64,000 nucleotides of DNA from Podarcis gaigeae (lineage: Eukaryota), in assembly GCA_964106915.2 (NCBI GenBank), contig OZ066920.1. One strand, given 5' to 3'. Below the pieces are notes generated by a model, which saw only the letters and a program-made list of their open reading frames with translations, had not been told where the DNA came from and did not search any database. Shown one piece after another: positions 1 through 14,200 of this stretch. The number at the start of each line of letters is the position of its first letter. Within the stretch, counting starts at the first letter, position 1. A program made the translations under genes and the position numbers.

Positions 1-2080
1 GGCTTTCTTGCTGGTTAGTTTACAGGTGTATGTTCATTGGTGGGTAGGCAGTGTCCAGATGTTCTCTTACTGACAGATATTTTCCATGGTAAGAATGCAC
101 TTCATGTTTTTAAATGCCCTTGATACTGGTTGAAAAGCAAGTCCTAATTCCCGAAGCCTTGGGATCTGTAAATTGTTCTGTTTTAGTCACCAATTGTTCT
201 TGTCATTGCCCTTTCAGAGAAGACCTTTGTATGTCATCATGTTGCAATGTAAGGTAAGGCAAAGCAGTTGCCCTAGATTCTGGTCTCTTGAGTGCTGTGG
301 CTTAACTTTCATCTGCTAATGTGCTTTCACTCTCACTGTTTCTGCCCTTTTAACTTTTCCCTTCTTCAGTAAATATAGAGGGATGTGCTCGCAGAAAGCC
401 TCTTAGAATAGCATTTTCTGCAGCAAAATGTATTCTTTTCTTACTTTTTCTTTTTGTGCATCATTATCTTCCCAGTCTCCAGTCTGTTAAGCATGTAGAC
501 AACATTATTTTCAAAGGTAGAAAAATACAAGTAAAAACAAACAAACAAAGTTGGTAGGGGCATCTTAAAGAATTATCTACTCGCTGCAATGCAAGCTTTG
601 CAAGCAAGGGTCTGCTTTATCAAGTGGACAATGAAGGTGCTTGTATGTGTGCATATACTGTATAAGGTGAAAACCAGTGCTGTGTTCCACTCAGGGCATG
701 GCTCTTCATCCGGCAAAGAGGTCTGAAGGGCAGGTGATCTGTGCTGATTCCCCCTGCAGCACCCAGTAGTGGTCAATATGGTGGGGTGCCACTGCTCACC
801 TGATCTCCAGTCGGTCATATTTCTACTGAAAATGCACCCGAGAGCCAATCCAATGTTCCTGCCAGTGCATTTCCACTGCACCAACCTCCTTGCCATCTCT
901 TCCCTGCCCCTCTACCTCCCGGTAAGCTGCAGGGCAATGTGACATACTAGAGGTTAGGTGAGCACTGGCATCTTATCACACCATCTCCTACTAGCAGCAT
1001 CCACACAACATTCTACATTGTTTTGTAGGGTCCTCCTACACCCTGGAAGAGATTTTTCTACCACAGGCCAGAAGGAAGAATCAGCACAGGGCACTGCTGA
1101 AATTTGAAAGCCCAAAAGACACCACTCCCAGGCATATGGTCATTCAACCACTAATAAAAAGCTAACTGATGTTCACTTAAGTGTTTTCATGCCTTTCCCT
1201 ACTATCTTAATATCATGGGGTGGGTCCAGGAAGGGGTTGAAGTAAGGACACATCTGCAATGGTTGCCTATACAAGACAAACAGAAGAAGCAAAAAAGATT
1301 GTGTGCTAGGCTTGGAGAAGGCAAACAAAGGATTATCAAAGTCAAGAGGACTACCAGAATTAAAATATAGGGCAGCATATATCACATTTCAATCACAGCT
1401 TTTATAAAAAACCAATTGTGGCAAAACAGTTTAGTCCATTGTTCTGAGTGCTGCACCTTTCATACAAAAAAAAATCAAAATGATTCAAGAACACTGGTAG
1501 TCTAATTTAGGTGGTCACAGCACAGTGAAACATTAAAAGGAATACAGTTCACTGGACTGAATCGGACTGAAAGAGTGGAATTCAACCCTCCATATGCTTG
1601 AGCAGTCTGCATCATGCCAAACTTTCTATTACCATTCCTCTCAAATGCCTGTGTCTCAGAGTTGAAGGGAAACTACAGACCCATTACTGAGCTCCCAACA
1701 GCATGATCATACAATGCAAGAAGCACTTTAATGAGTGGAAAAAAGAGAGTGAAATGTCTTTTTTGCAAAGTTTTTGCTAATGCTGTTTGGGATCATTGAG
1801 GCTTGTGCAGTAAATATTAATCTTGCTAGAAGCCGATACCATTTGTGACCCTAGCAAAGAAGAAACTGTTAAAGAACAAGTGTATAGTCTGCATTAATGA
1901 TTATGAGAATAATGAACTTTTAGGGACAACATTTCATTTGGGCCTGTAACTGGTTCATACTTGTACCCACTTTATTCTCTTTCTTTGACCTTTTGTAAGA
2001 GCAACAGCTTTTTGTGGACTGCACAAGCTGTGAACTCATTTGCAAAATGTTATATGCATCTAACAGCTAGTTATATAAGC

Positions 2081-2212
2081 TAGGGTTCTTTTTTTAATCC
2101 AGTGCTATTTTTCTAGAAAAATAGACACAAACACCTCCCTTGCTCTCTTATAATGGCAATGGCACCCACCTGAGAGATGCCGGAACTGTGTTCCAGCTCA
2201 AAAAAAGCCCTG
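2081..2212. mobile_element. hAT-type MITE related to 7355-7499
   Basis: tagggttcttttttt ... aaaaaaagccctg termini; shares cagtgctattttttctagaaaaatag and gagagatgccgg with 7355-7499; TSD not clean. Confidence 0.6.
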
Positions 2213-2916
2213 TTTATATCCATTAGAGGCTCTGATGCCATATCAACTTTAGCTACAACAGCAAAAACAGGGCACTCTTTACTTTTTATAACACCAGTCT
2301 TTCAGACAGAGGCTTGCTAGTGATAAGGAAAACCACAGCCATAGAAAACAAAGTTGGTGTCTCTGAATGAACATTCTGGTGGTGTCATTAAAAACACTTT
2401 ATTCTTAAGAATTGTCATCATGACTAGAAATGGATAAAAGTTGGGAGAAGTTAAACAAGCAAATTCTGTTGAGGGACAGGGAGCTGTTTTTCCATTATTC
2501 CTAATGAGAAAACTAATGCTCAGTTTTTGCAACATATCCCTTCATGTAGCTTCTGAGGTCAAACATGTTCTACTAAATTCCCTTATCCCTCCTCTGCTAT
2601 CATTTTTAAAGCATCCACTGGAGGAATCAGGATTGAGACAATGGTTGTTTTAACCCTTTCTGCCTGTGTGATGGTCCCAACAAAAATCCATGCAAGTATT
2701 TATCTTCCCATAGAGGGAAGCTGCTTTTTACTCTTTTCAGGTGTAATACATCTGATAGTAATAGTCAGGCAGGTGGAAGGTGACAGAGGTGTATAACATA
2801 TGCATGCACTTTTAAGAGAATAGGATGGTGTTCAGCTAAGTTTCAGAGTAGACCCATTGAAAGGAATGAATACGGCTAAGTTAAGTCCATTAATTTCAAT
2901 GGGTCAGCTTTGTGTC

Positions 2917-3047
2917 GAATCATAGAGTTGTAGAGTTGGTCATCTAGTCCAACCCCCTGCAATGCAGGAATCTTTTTGCCCAACATGGGGTTGAAACCCA
3001 TGACCCTGGAAGTAAGAGTTTCATGCTCTACTGACTATGCTTTCCCA
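2917..3047 (-). mobile_element. tRNA-Lys/CR1-tail SINE, inserted in a palindromic element
   Basis: Reverse complement matches the 20795-20940 copy (cccatgttgggcaaaaagattcctgcattgcagggggttggactagatgacc...ctatgattc). Confidence 0.8.
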
Positions 3048-3623
3048 GCAGATCAGGAGTTAGCTGAATACCGAACCATTGTATTGAAACTCTGTCAAGA
3101 AAGGTCAAAGATGGGGTAGTGGTTCTGTAGAAATCAGATCAAAAGAAAAGGGTCTCTCTTTTATGCCAGGGATCCCGTGACTGAGAAACAGAATGGCTAA
3201 GCTTACCAGCAGCATGCTTGTTGAACTGAGACAAATGGGATGAGCAGGTCAGTCTGACGAGCTAATCAGTACTCTTCTGATTATGCTTCTAGTACATATG
3301 CTACATACTGAAAAAAGTTCATGGATGAGTGCCAACACAGAGAGACCAAGGATGTCCTGTCCTTTCCAGACTATTGAACAGAATCTTTAAAAGTACAAGT
3401 CACTGCTCCAGTCTTATTTCTGTTTTCCCCTACGCACAGAGTTTTGGAGACAATCACCCAATGCATCTCTGTTCTGAGAAGCATATGAGAAAGAGCAGCT
3501 ACTCATTGTTGATTTACCACTGGGCTTCAACCTTGTTTCATCCCCTAGTGATATAATGCTGGCTGCAAATGGGTAACATTTTTTTTATTCTTTGCTCTTA
3601 TACTTTGTTCCTACTTCAGCCAG

Positions 3624-3908
3624 GTGCTCTTGTGGGAAACTGGTTTTCTAGATCCATTTCAAATGGGGTTTAGGCCTGGTTTGGGCACAAAAATTGCTTT
3701 GGTTGCCCTGTATGATGACCTCTGTTGGGAAAGAGACAGACAAATTGTATCCCTATTAATTCTCCTCAAACTCTCAGTGGTTTTCAATACCATCAGCCAT
3801 GGCATCATTTTGGAGCAGTTGTCTGAGTTCGAGATTAGTGGCACCACTTTGCAATGCTTCCAATCCTACTTGGATGGTTGTTTCCAGAGGATGATGCTTG
3901 GGGAGTGA
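3624..3908 (+). mobile_element. L2/CR1-group LINE reverse transcriptase fragment
   Basis: ORF FLDPFQMGFRPGLGTKIAL...LLILLKLSVVFNTISHGIIL...FQSYLDGCFQ resembles LDPFQSGFRPGHSTETAL...LDLSAAFDTIDH...WFxSYL. Confidence 0.85.
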
Positions 3909-4124
3909 TCTTTGTCCCATGTAGAGTGTTTCTAGTTGCCAAGCCATGGTCTAGGCATTACATTGCAGCTGAGCCACTCAGAAGCTTTACTCAGCTACCC
4001 AACAAGTCCACATCCAATCTGGTATGGTACCTGGTGTAGAAAAAGGCTGTACATGGAGGAAATGTGGCAGAAATCACCAGTCCTCCAACATGAATGGAGG
4101 ACCAAGTTGGGATCCAAACCAATA

Positions 4125-4377
4125 CAATGGGACCTTGGTTTACAAACTTAATTTGTTTCGGAAGTCCGTTCTTAAACCAAAGCGTTCTTAAACCAAGGAG
4201 TTGCTTTCCCATAGCAGCGGAAGACTCAATTTACAAATGGAACACACTCAACAGGAAGAGAAACATGTTCTGCTTCCAAGGCAAAGTTCACAAACCAAAA
4301 CACCTATTTCCGGGTTTGCAGCGTTCTTGATCCAAGTTGTTCATAAACTAAGCTGTTCTTAAACCAAGGTACCACTG
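4125..4377. mobile_element. Tigger/pogo-type (Tc1/mariner superfamily) MITE
   Basis: TA|caatgggaccttggttt ... aaaccaaggtaccactg|TA: TIRs with TA TSD; internal gttcttaaacc repeats. Confidence 0.85.
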
Positions 4378-4590
4378 TACATGAAGTGGTATGTTTCAGT
4401 TCATCCATCATCACTGGCTGTGCTAGTCCTCTATAGGAATCAAATGAACGATCTTGAAGATAATAGAGTTTAGGCACCAAGGGAAGACTTCAGCTCTGAT
4501 CACATGCCTAGCTGAAAAGAGAAAGACTTCTTTGGAAACCAAACAGAGAAATATAATATCTATCACCCCCTTACGGCATAATATCAGGAA

Positions 4591-4591
<1 letters not shown>

Positions 4592-4648
<57 letters not shown>
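4592..4648. repeat. (AAT)n microsatellite
   Basis: Direct reading; produces spurious poly-Ile ORFs. Confidence 0.98.
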
Positions 4649-5363
4649 TCACTGCATAGGTATGACTGATTTTCACACAATATGTTTAGGATTCACCTGT
4701 TTGTGGCAAGTAGGAATGATGTGATTTCTTTAGGGCTGCCATATGTCTGGACATTACAGGGATTTCAAATTCGGAATGGACGTCCAGGAGGAATTTCCAA
4801 AAGGTGATGCTCAACCAGAAAGCTCAACAATCTAAGATTTCTTAGATTAGCATGAAAGAGCCTTCCAAAGAACCTCAAGACAAGGGAGCTTTTGTAAGCT
4901 GCAGATGAGCTGACTCTTTTTGTTTCTTTCAAAGAATCAATGTGTTGCAAATGACCTCTGTTGATAGGTGTTGGCTACTGGGCTAGTAAAAATATTGATG
5001 GGAGGTAGCTGTGGGTGTATTTTGCAAGGCTGTTTTACAAGCCATTTTCCAGTAGTATGTGTGCTTTTTATGGATCTTTAATTGTGATGTCACTAGCCAT
5101 GATAAGACACAGGATTCTGTTTTCTAAGGGTTACATATGAATATTAGAAGCTTATTAACCCTGCTGAGATGCAAACTTAAGGTTAACCCTCCAGTCATGC
5201 ACAGCATTGATAAGGTCCAATGTCTGCATTTCAGTTAATAATTTTTTGTGCAAATCTTCAGTAACTTTGGTGGTACTTCCTTTTTGTTAAAAAGTTAATG
5301 GTTACAACTCTACTTCCTACATAAAAGCATCAGCCACTTGCACAATACTTTCAAGGAATGAGT

Positions 5364-5420
5364 ATAATAATAATAATAATTCCTTATTTATTCCCCATCC
5401 ATCCGGCTGGGTTTCCCCTG
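5364..5420 (-). mobile_element. Very short 3' terminal fragment of the same L2 family
   Basis: Reverse complement ggggaaacccagccggatggatggggaataaataagg + (ATT)n matches the tail at ~29575-29630. Confidence 0.6.
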
Positions 5421-6034
5421 TACCTTCACTAAGAAGAGGAATGGGATAGGAAAACATGACGGTAATATTGCTTCCACCACCACATTTACCAGATACTGTT
5501 GTTACATTTATTATACAGGTAGTGACCATTTTGGGTGCATTCAATATGTGCATGACTGCACACACATGCATCACGCCAAACCTGAAAGTGACCTGAAAAC
5601 GTCACCAAAAGGGGTGGAACATGGTGGGGGCAGAAGAGAGTATTTGCAGGCTTTCTCAACAGTGTTTCAAATATATGTGATTTCACATAACCCCACATAA
5701 TTTGGGAGTTGCCTGTATACTAGATCTACTCCCTGGTCCAACAACAAAGATCTCTGTGTGGAAACATGCTTCCATAGGCTCAACCACTGTGGATATGTAC
5801 ATGCATGTCCGGTTGATAATTCTCCAGCATCAGGATACTTATAGAGTCTCCATTTAACTTGTTATATGTGGCAGTATTACTTTTTGTAACATTTTATGCA
5901 GATGGCATATTCATCTGTGGCTCACTAGCTGTTCTCTGAGGCCGGCTGCTTGAGCTGGCTCAAAGTTTTGACATTAGTAGTTGTAACTAGAGGTAACTGC
6001 TACATTTCCTCAAAAAGGAGTGTACTGTCAAGCC

Positions 6035-6330
6035 AAGAATGGGACAACTCTGGCCCTAGAGATGTTGTTGGGCTCCATCCCCCATAAGCCGCAGCCAGCA
6101 TAGCCAACAATGAGGAGTGGTGGGAGCTCTACCATGACATCTGGAGGACCATTTGTACCCCATCCCAGCTTTAAGCAATGGTTAGTGTTATTAGAACAGA
6201 GGTGTGGAACATGTGTTGATCCGGATGTTGCTACATTACATCTCCCATCGTTTCTGACTTTTGGCCAAACTGGCTAGGGCTGGTGGAGCCCAACAAGATC
6301 TGGGGATCCACACATTTCCCGCCCCTACAT
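6035..6330. mobile_element. Two adjacent copies of a short palindromic MITE (agatgttg...ctccc...ggga...acatct); further copies ~9655-9785, 13600-13735, 25430-25540, 50565-50675
   Basis: Recurrent self-complementary consensus cagatgtt(g/t)t(t)ggactacaactcccatca...gatgatgggagttgtagtcca...acatctggag seen at all listed sites; boundaries approximate. Confidence 0.65.
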
Positions 6331-7354
6331 TGCAGCTAAGGAACATGCACAAAGAAGAGCTGTATCGGAGAGCACATACAGTAACAGTTACATTGGTAAA
6401 TGCACTGGAAACATGGATGCACGTGGGCACAGTGGTTTTCTAAGTTTTCTCATCCTTAGTGCATCAGCAGAAACCAGGTCTTCAAAAAGGCATTGGGGGA
6501 TTTAGTTTTGGGTCCAAGATGCAAGATTTCAGCAAAAGGGATTCTCCCAGCCAGAACATGGGGGGAATGCTTATTTCTGCTTTCTGTCGTACTCTTCTGC
6601 TTGGAGCTTGCTTTCAAGAGACAGTTGTTTCATGAGAACCAGGAAGAAGCTTAGAATTGGTGTCATGCTGGCTGTCATGAGGCAAAGAATTGCATGCATG
6701 CTGTTTATTATTACCTCTGCTCTAGGACTTATGAATCTTGGAAAACAAAGCAGTTATGCTTATAAATTATCTTCAGGCTCTGCTTCATTTACTTCTCTTC
6801 CACTAGGAAATTGACCTATAAAACAGAGCCATGCATCCTGACCTGAGAAAGATGGGACCTGGTGAGCATATTCAAACTCAGCCTCCCAAGCATGCTGAAG
6901 GATGTCCGATAATCTCACAGGCCTTTCCTGCTGAATTGGCAACCTCTCTCCTGTTGGTTACCTTCAGAGGCCATCTAAGAGAGGGAAAAGAGGAGTGCTT
7001 CTTGGAAGTGACTAACTCTGTAATGTGAGTGGACTCCCTCTTTTCAGAACATGCATTGTAAATGAATGGCTGCAGAAAATTTGCTTGGAGCATCAAAACA
7101 TTTGATAATCATAACTCAGCAGCTTGCCTAAAGTCTAGCTCCTGCACCTGGCTCCTCCCTTTCTGCCCTTGGATAGTGAGAAGACTTGTGGCAAAGCGCA
7201 TACTGCTAGGCAAGCCCACCTTCCTAACAATTGCTAGCACTCAGAGATGCCAATAAATGTGAGCAAGGAGAACTCTATTTACCTAATCATAAATTGGACT
7301 TTGGGAGGAATATGCTATCCCAGAGTAACGGCAGGTGTCAGACAGGGTAGAAGT

Positions 7355-7499
7355 CAGTGCTTTTTTTCTAGAAAAATAGGTGCTTGTACTCACCATGGAG
7401 TTGTTACAGTAAGTGTCATACTTTTTAACAACAACAAAAAAGAGAGATGCCGGTACTTTGTGCCCTTGAGTACCCCCTGAAAAGAAAAGATAAGCACTG
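7355..7499. mobile_element. hAT-type MITE
   Basis: TIRs cagtgctt...aagcactg; 8-bp TSD gtagaagt (7347-7354) / gtagaagc (7500-7507). Confidence 0.85.
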
Positions 7500-8119
7500 G
7501 TAGAAGCATATGGGATGGAGGGATAGATAGACAGAGACTTGATATGGTAGCACAAACTATAATAAGTGAGCATTTTGTGCTGTGAATCCCACATTTTGTG
7601 CCATGGCCAATTTTAGCAGTCGACACAGCAAACCGAGGTTACAAGTTAACACCCCCAAATCCAACATTGTCCAATCCCCTCCAAACCGATGCTGAAGTTT
7701 TGTGCTCATATGGTGCCATTCTGTTCCAGGAACCCCACATTTTGTGGTGCCCCCCCAAATAAGTAGTTGATACTCAAACTCTCCCAAACCTCCCAAGCAT
7801 TTTTTGATTCACTCCAAAACAGAGCCAAATTTTTGGAGTACTGTATTTTTGTACCGTTTTGTGCCATGAGCCCTGCATTTTGTTCCACCATCTAAACCGA
7901 GTAATTGATACAGCAAACTGGGGTTAGAAATTAACACCCCCAAAAAACCAACATTGTCTGATCCCACAGCACAAAAGAAAAGTTTGGCATCTGTTTGGAG
8001 GTGATCCAAAATTTCGGGAGTTAGACGTTAATGAAGCTTAGTAGGACCAGTAAGTCACATCAAATTGCCAGGGGAAAGCCCTCTACACCAAAGAAACTTC
8101 ATTTTCACTCTCTACTCTG

Positions 8120-8128
8120 ATCTCTCTC

Positions 8129-8184
<56 letters not shown>

Positions 8185-8204
8185 CTCTCTCGCTCTCTCT
8201 CTCC
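8120..8204. repeat. (CT)n microsatellite, interrupted
   Basis: Direct reading. Confidence 0.97.
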
Positions 8205-11200
8205 TTTGCTCTTTCTCCATCTCTTTGGTTAATTTCTGTCTCTCTACAGTATTCACAAACTTCCCCACTCACTTCATACAACATTCTTGCAGGTGAACAG
8301 CCCATTTAGGGGATCATACATAACCACAGAGAAACATTGCTATTATTTTGTCAAATTCCAGACTGAACAGGCCTCACTCCAAGGTGAAGTCATACTGATA
8401 GACCCATTTGCAGGAATCAGCAGTAAACAATGGTCCCTCTCATATGAGCATCCATTCTCATTTGTTTGCACAGTTTGTGGGGAGTTAAATGGCATTGGCT
8501 ATATACTGAGCATTCTTTTCTCTTTTTTTGTGGGAAGGTTAGATAACATTACATCAGATAAGTGCATTTTCCCATCACTTTTCTTGTAGCAAAAAGTGGG
8601 GCAGGGACAGATTTGGTGTGCAAAAGTGCCAAATCAACTTCAGCTGCACAGCCGAAATTTGCCAGTAAGTGACTGAATCTCAACCAAAAATAGAGACAAT
8701 CTGGAAGTGCTCTAAGTCAAATTCCACTGAAAATGTGCAGGATTAATTTGACCTAATGTGATTAGGGCTGGAATAGTAATAACCATTTGATCAACATGGC
8801 ATTTCACTTTTTTTTTTCTTTGCAAAAAAAAAAAAAAGATCCACACTGCTGGAAATTCTGAGCTGCATCCTTTCCAGTCTCTTTCTCATTGTCATGCTTT
8901 GTGTAACTAGCTTAGCTGATTTGACACCCACTGCACAAAAGGTTGTCCCTTCTGTTCTATCTATCTTGGATGGTATCAAGAAGAGAGTGAAAAAGCAGCA
9001 CAGCTGGTAAGACAGTGATCCCAAAAATATACAAAAGCGTACCAGAGGGAATAGTCATCAACATAAAGTGAACAAGCACCCAGACTATTGATTACATGCT
9101 GCTCACAGAACACTGGGCATTTCTGCCAACTTCTTTCCACTCGTACACTGCGCTACAGACAGCATGTTGTACTTTGCATCATCAGTTTTGATGAATAATG
9201 CACTGATAAACACTGCAGCCAATATTCTGTTTGAGCTGAGAAGCCAGATGTCATCTGGACCTCCAATAGTTTTAACCCTGGGCCAGAGACAGACAGTGAA
9301 ATAAACACTAGACTGCTCTGCAGAATGGGTAATTCCTAAATGCAAGATTATGTACAATATTATTGTGGACTAGAAAGCATATGGGAAATTAAGATCCATT
9401 GTAACTTGTTTCCCTATAAATGAGTAAAGAGAGGCAGATAGGCTGCTGGAACATAAATCTACCTAAATAGATGGCTAAGTCTGATCCTCATTACTATCCC
9501 TCCCCCTCCCCATCCAATTTTGACAGGGTAAGCACGCATTTTAAATATTTTAATTTTATGAGAATTAATATGTGGGATAAGAAAGGAGGCCTCGCTTAAG
9601 CCTAAACAATGGGATTCAAACTCTAAAGAATGGAAGTGTAAGACACCTCAGTGTAAACCAGCATCTCTATCCCTTCAGATGTTTTGGACTACAACTGTCA
9701 TCAGCCTCAGCAAGCATGACCAGTAGTCAAGGATGATGGGAATTGTATTCCAAAACATTTGGACAGCATCAGGTTGGGGAAAGCTAAGATATAATACTGA
9801 TGGACCATCTCCACTAGCCTTCTGCAATTTCCTCTGTACTTGATGTACCTCTCCTACTTGAATTTCAAAGCATAGGGAAGTATCTCTGAATTTAGGGAGG
9901 AGAAAATATGGAGCAGCAGTAGTTGAAGGAGAATGCCACTTGGCTGAGGGGAGATTAAAAGAGGCACAAACGGATCACAATCCACATTCAGAACATATGG
10001 GTCCTAGGCTGGAAAGTGGTAAATAATAGGGGTGGGGGCCATCTGTAACAGGATAAAAGCAACAACATAATCTTGGTACTCCTTCGTAGTGCTTAGCAGG
10101 AAAGAAGACCCCTGCCAGATAGAAAAGAAGCTTAAATTGTTTAAATCATAAGCAAACAAAAAGACTCCAGTACGCTCAGTCAAGGGACTTTGGTACTCTC
10201 AGTCAAGAGATTCCATGACAAATTAGAATTCCAAACATTGTTCTAGGAAGGTTTCTTAAATTTAAAAGGCCCAGTGACCCTACTGAAGTCTACTTGGGTC
10301 TAGTAAATCAAAGAAATTGCTCGGAAATGGTTAACCTGCATGAAAATATGACCCCCTGAATGCTGCAAAGAGCAGTGAGCTCCCTTATGGTTTGCTCAGC
10401 CAATATAGTATGTGAAATTTAAAAGAGAACATGTTAGCTGAAAATTATGACATTTCAAAAGTGAAATGTGTAGAAAAGCTATCTTCCTCTTGAAGGACAA
10501 TTCCACTTTGCATTTTAATGATGGACCAAGTTAACTGATGAGTCCACTCAGTACTAAAGATGCCCAAACTTGACACACTAGTCCCTGATTGTATGATTGC
10601 ATTCACTTTAGGGAATGATGCTGCCCTGAACCTGGGCATATCATAGAAAGTGCAACACTCTAGTTCCTCTGACTCAGGTTTACAAAATGTAGTTACCATC
10701 AATGGAAGTAAAAGAAGTACTAAGGTCCTAGGAATCACACACAAACTGTTTTCCAGATATGTCCAGTTTACATACTACTTTTATCCCTTTGTCTATACAA
10801 AGGTGTACTCCCTACTAAAATCAATGAGACAGCCTTAGCAGATGAAGGAATTCTACATGTGTGTTGGAACCTAGGCTGCACAGGATATTGTAGGATCCGT
10901 GCTCTTGTTTGCTTGCCAAAAAAGGGGGGAAGAAGAAAAGGCACCAGTGCAAAGTCAAAGAGATAGGAAACTGCAAACTTTCACCAAGAGTAATGAATTG
11001 TCCCAAAACCTTTCAAGTCATATAACCTTTTCTGGGGTAACATGTTTTAACAGTGTCCAAGGAAGTCTTATAAACTGTGTCATGGTCACTCATTTATTTC
11101 TTTGGCCAAATTTTGGAAGTAAGCAAATGTGACATCCCTCTTTCCAGATGGGAAAGCGAGTCACAATGTAGTTAGGTATGCCCCACATCATGGCTGTTTC

Positions 11201-14200
11201 ATCCGTACAATCAGAGGAACAAGTTTGCTTCTTGTTATTATCAGAGGAGGGATGGGCTTCTGCAGGAACTGATGAATTAAGACTTGTGGCCTTTAAGCCC
11301 TAATTGCTCTCCTAAATTCAGAGAGAAAGAGAACAGACAAGTGGAATGGGAGCTGAAGCAAAACATCCAAGGTCATTCAGGTAATCTGTCACGAAGCAAG
11401 GAAGCTTAGCATGCAAAAGTCAGAATCAGACTTATCCTCTGCTGCATTTGAGGGGAGCTCCTCCTCATTAAACCCTCCTTTCCCAATGTCCTATTGGTCC
11501 TGGCTGCCATGCTTTGCTTAGCTGAGCAGTATCTTCAAATGTGCTTCCACTGTGAAACTAACAGTGGGGAAACAAGCAGCAAGTAACTCAAGGTTCATAA
11601 CATTGCTCCTGCATTTGATTAACCGAAAAACCAATAAAAGCAGAGCACGGGAGCAGAGCACCCTTTAAAATGGCGTAAAACAATTAGGGAGAAAATGGCA
11701 TAGGCCAGGGAATGCCGAAGACAAAATGGTAGGTGAAAAAACCCCACCAACTTATATAAATAAGGAATAAGCTGTGAAGAGATACAGGAGCAGTGACTAT
11801 AGTGGAATTTCAATTACCCTGACACTGATGGGTATAGCAGCAATAGAGTCATTAGAAACTGGATGCATGTTCCTAAATGTAATACAGGGCTATTTCTTCT
11901 GTTTGAAGAGCAATCAACAGGACCAGGGGCTATTCTGGACTTAGTCCAAGGAAATGAAAGTAGGTGAAATGAATAGCATGACGCTAATAAACCCTTAGGG
12001 CTATGTTATCATAATATCACCAGATTGGAAACACTTCTGAGAATATTTGTGTGAGAGTGGTTATCAAAGTACAACACTGCAAGTGGAATGAGTTGGGGGA
12101 AAGTTGATTGGAATCAACTGTTTGCGGACCATAATGGGGGGAGGGAATGTTTGCATTAGTTAAAAAATGGAGAGCCTGACACTTCTATTTTCGTTTGCTT
12201 TAATCAAAGCTGAAATGATCAGAAAGAGAAACCAGTGCCGTCCCAGAAAGACGCGATAAAGGTATCAAAACATTTTCCTTATTCAAAAGGACAAATGCCC
12301 TCGAGACACACAAACAGAGAGAGATTTGGCAGGCTTAAAAATGAATAAGGGAACATTATGAGAATACCAGCAGAGAACAATATGCACTGAATATTCCAAT
12401 CAAAACTGATGCCAAGTTCTAAGGTATATGTGTGCAGTGTAAAAGGCAGGGAGAGGCAGAGAGGAAGCAAATTGTGAAAAAGACATAAACAGTACAAAGA
12501 AAATGATTCTCTTCACAAATTAATGGGGCAGCTATCAAGCCTTTAATCATACCAATAGTCCCAATGAATTCACTGGGCTAGAGCAATGAATACTCATCTC
12601 ACCAAAAGGTTGAGGTACTTTAAGAAACAGAAAAGGAAAAAGGGAGGGGAGGGTCACAGATTGATGCACAATGCCATGGAGGGGGGAAAGTTTCCATGCT
12701 GCTCCAATGATTTTGGTTTAATGATCAGACTTCTTAAACTTTAAGTTGTTCAGGAAAAGGGAAAGAGAAAAGTTGCTTCTCCACATCAGACAAAGGGATG
12801 GCTGCCAAGACAGGGCATCTTGTGGTGGACAGAAAGGCTGTGATGTAGACAGCGGGACTTTGCTGCTGTTTCAGGAGGGAGTCATATGCCTTGGCTGATA
12901 TTTGCTGCCAACTTCAACACACTCACTAACAAAAAGGCTGGGGGAGGGGTGAAGGAAAGCTAAGCATGCTTGACTAACCAGTAGATCATAACCCACCCAC
13001 CCCTCAGCAATGTGCTATCTAGCTGGAAGGCTTGCAATGCTCTGCTGAGTATTAGGAAGAAAATTGTGTCCTGTTGTATGTTTGTGTTTCCTCAGCTTCT
13101 TCACTGAGCAGCTTATGGCTTCAGCAGTGAAATCTGGGTCCAGACTTTCCCAATACTTCACAAAATGTTTGACATTCCACTAAAAACTATTAGTTACATG
13201 TGCTGGCCTCATAATTCAGAATCAACTTCTAAATATCCCCAGGAGCTAAATCAATAATTTGCTTGAGAAAGAAGGGCTGATTCTGGCTTAACATAGTATA
13301 CTTTTCTCTCAGGGCCTGATTCTCCGAAGGTTACATGGGCATTGAATTCTGATATAATGTTTCCATGTACTGTATATGGACTTGACGTTTATCCTGTGAA
13401 CAGAAACCAGTGTGGTATCAGAGGAGGTAAGACTTCATTTTCACATTTTGATTCAGATACGAAAAATGTGTATAGGAAAAGAATTCCCATAGACTTCCAC
13501 ACAAACATCAAGAAACATTCCATGCATCTACAGTGTAAATGATATGGATTCTACTGCCTTGACTGAGGCTGATTCATCATGATTAGGGATAGAGGCCCAT
13601 GCATTTCCAATGTGGCCTTCTGCTTTCACTTTTTTCGCTTTTTAAACTGCAATCCCCTCAGCTGACACGACCTATGGCCAGGTATGGTCAGAGGTGTAGT
13701 CCAATATCCAGAGGGCTATGTGTTTGCTACCCTGGGCTACTTACTAAAGGGTCAAATCACATTGGTGCAGAAGATGTGTGATTACAGATGTTACAAGAAA
13801 TAATAAAAATAATGCTTGAACATGGAGTTAGGACTAGAAATAAATTCTGTTCCTTAACCTCTGGGGCCAACTTGGCCATTTTAGTCTATCATGCTAACCT
13901 CTATCTTTCTATATGGCCATCAATGTCTGTGGGATAGCAGCAAAGGGAATACTATGCATAAGGAATGGGTGCAGGCATGGAAGAAAGCTGCATCAGAATT
14001 TCACAGCCTTCTGGCAAGGTTCATGCTGTTTTGCAGAAGCAATCAAGCAAAGCAAGCTAACAAAAACTAGTCAGTTGCTGGGGGAGATCTGTGTGGTGAT
14101 AACCGCAGCTTCAGGGTGGATATGACATTGTATTGCCAACCGCAGTGAGTGAGCTGAACATTTAGACTAGAAACTTTTTGTTTATTTATTGCATTTATTC

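Noticed and set aside
4423-4680. Poly-Ile ORFs (also RE-rich at 8083-8305 and KEGR at 25894-26127)
   Set aside because: Translations of microsatellites.
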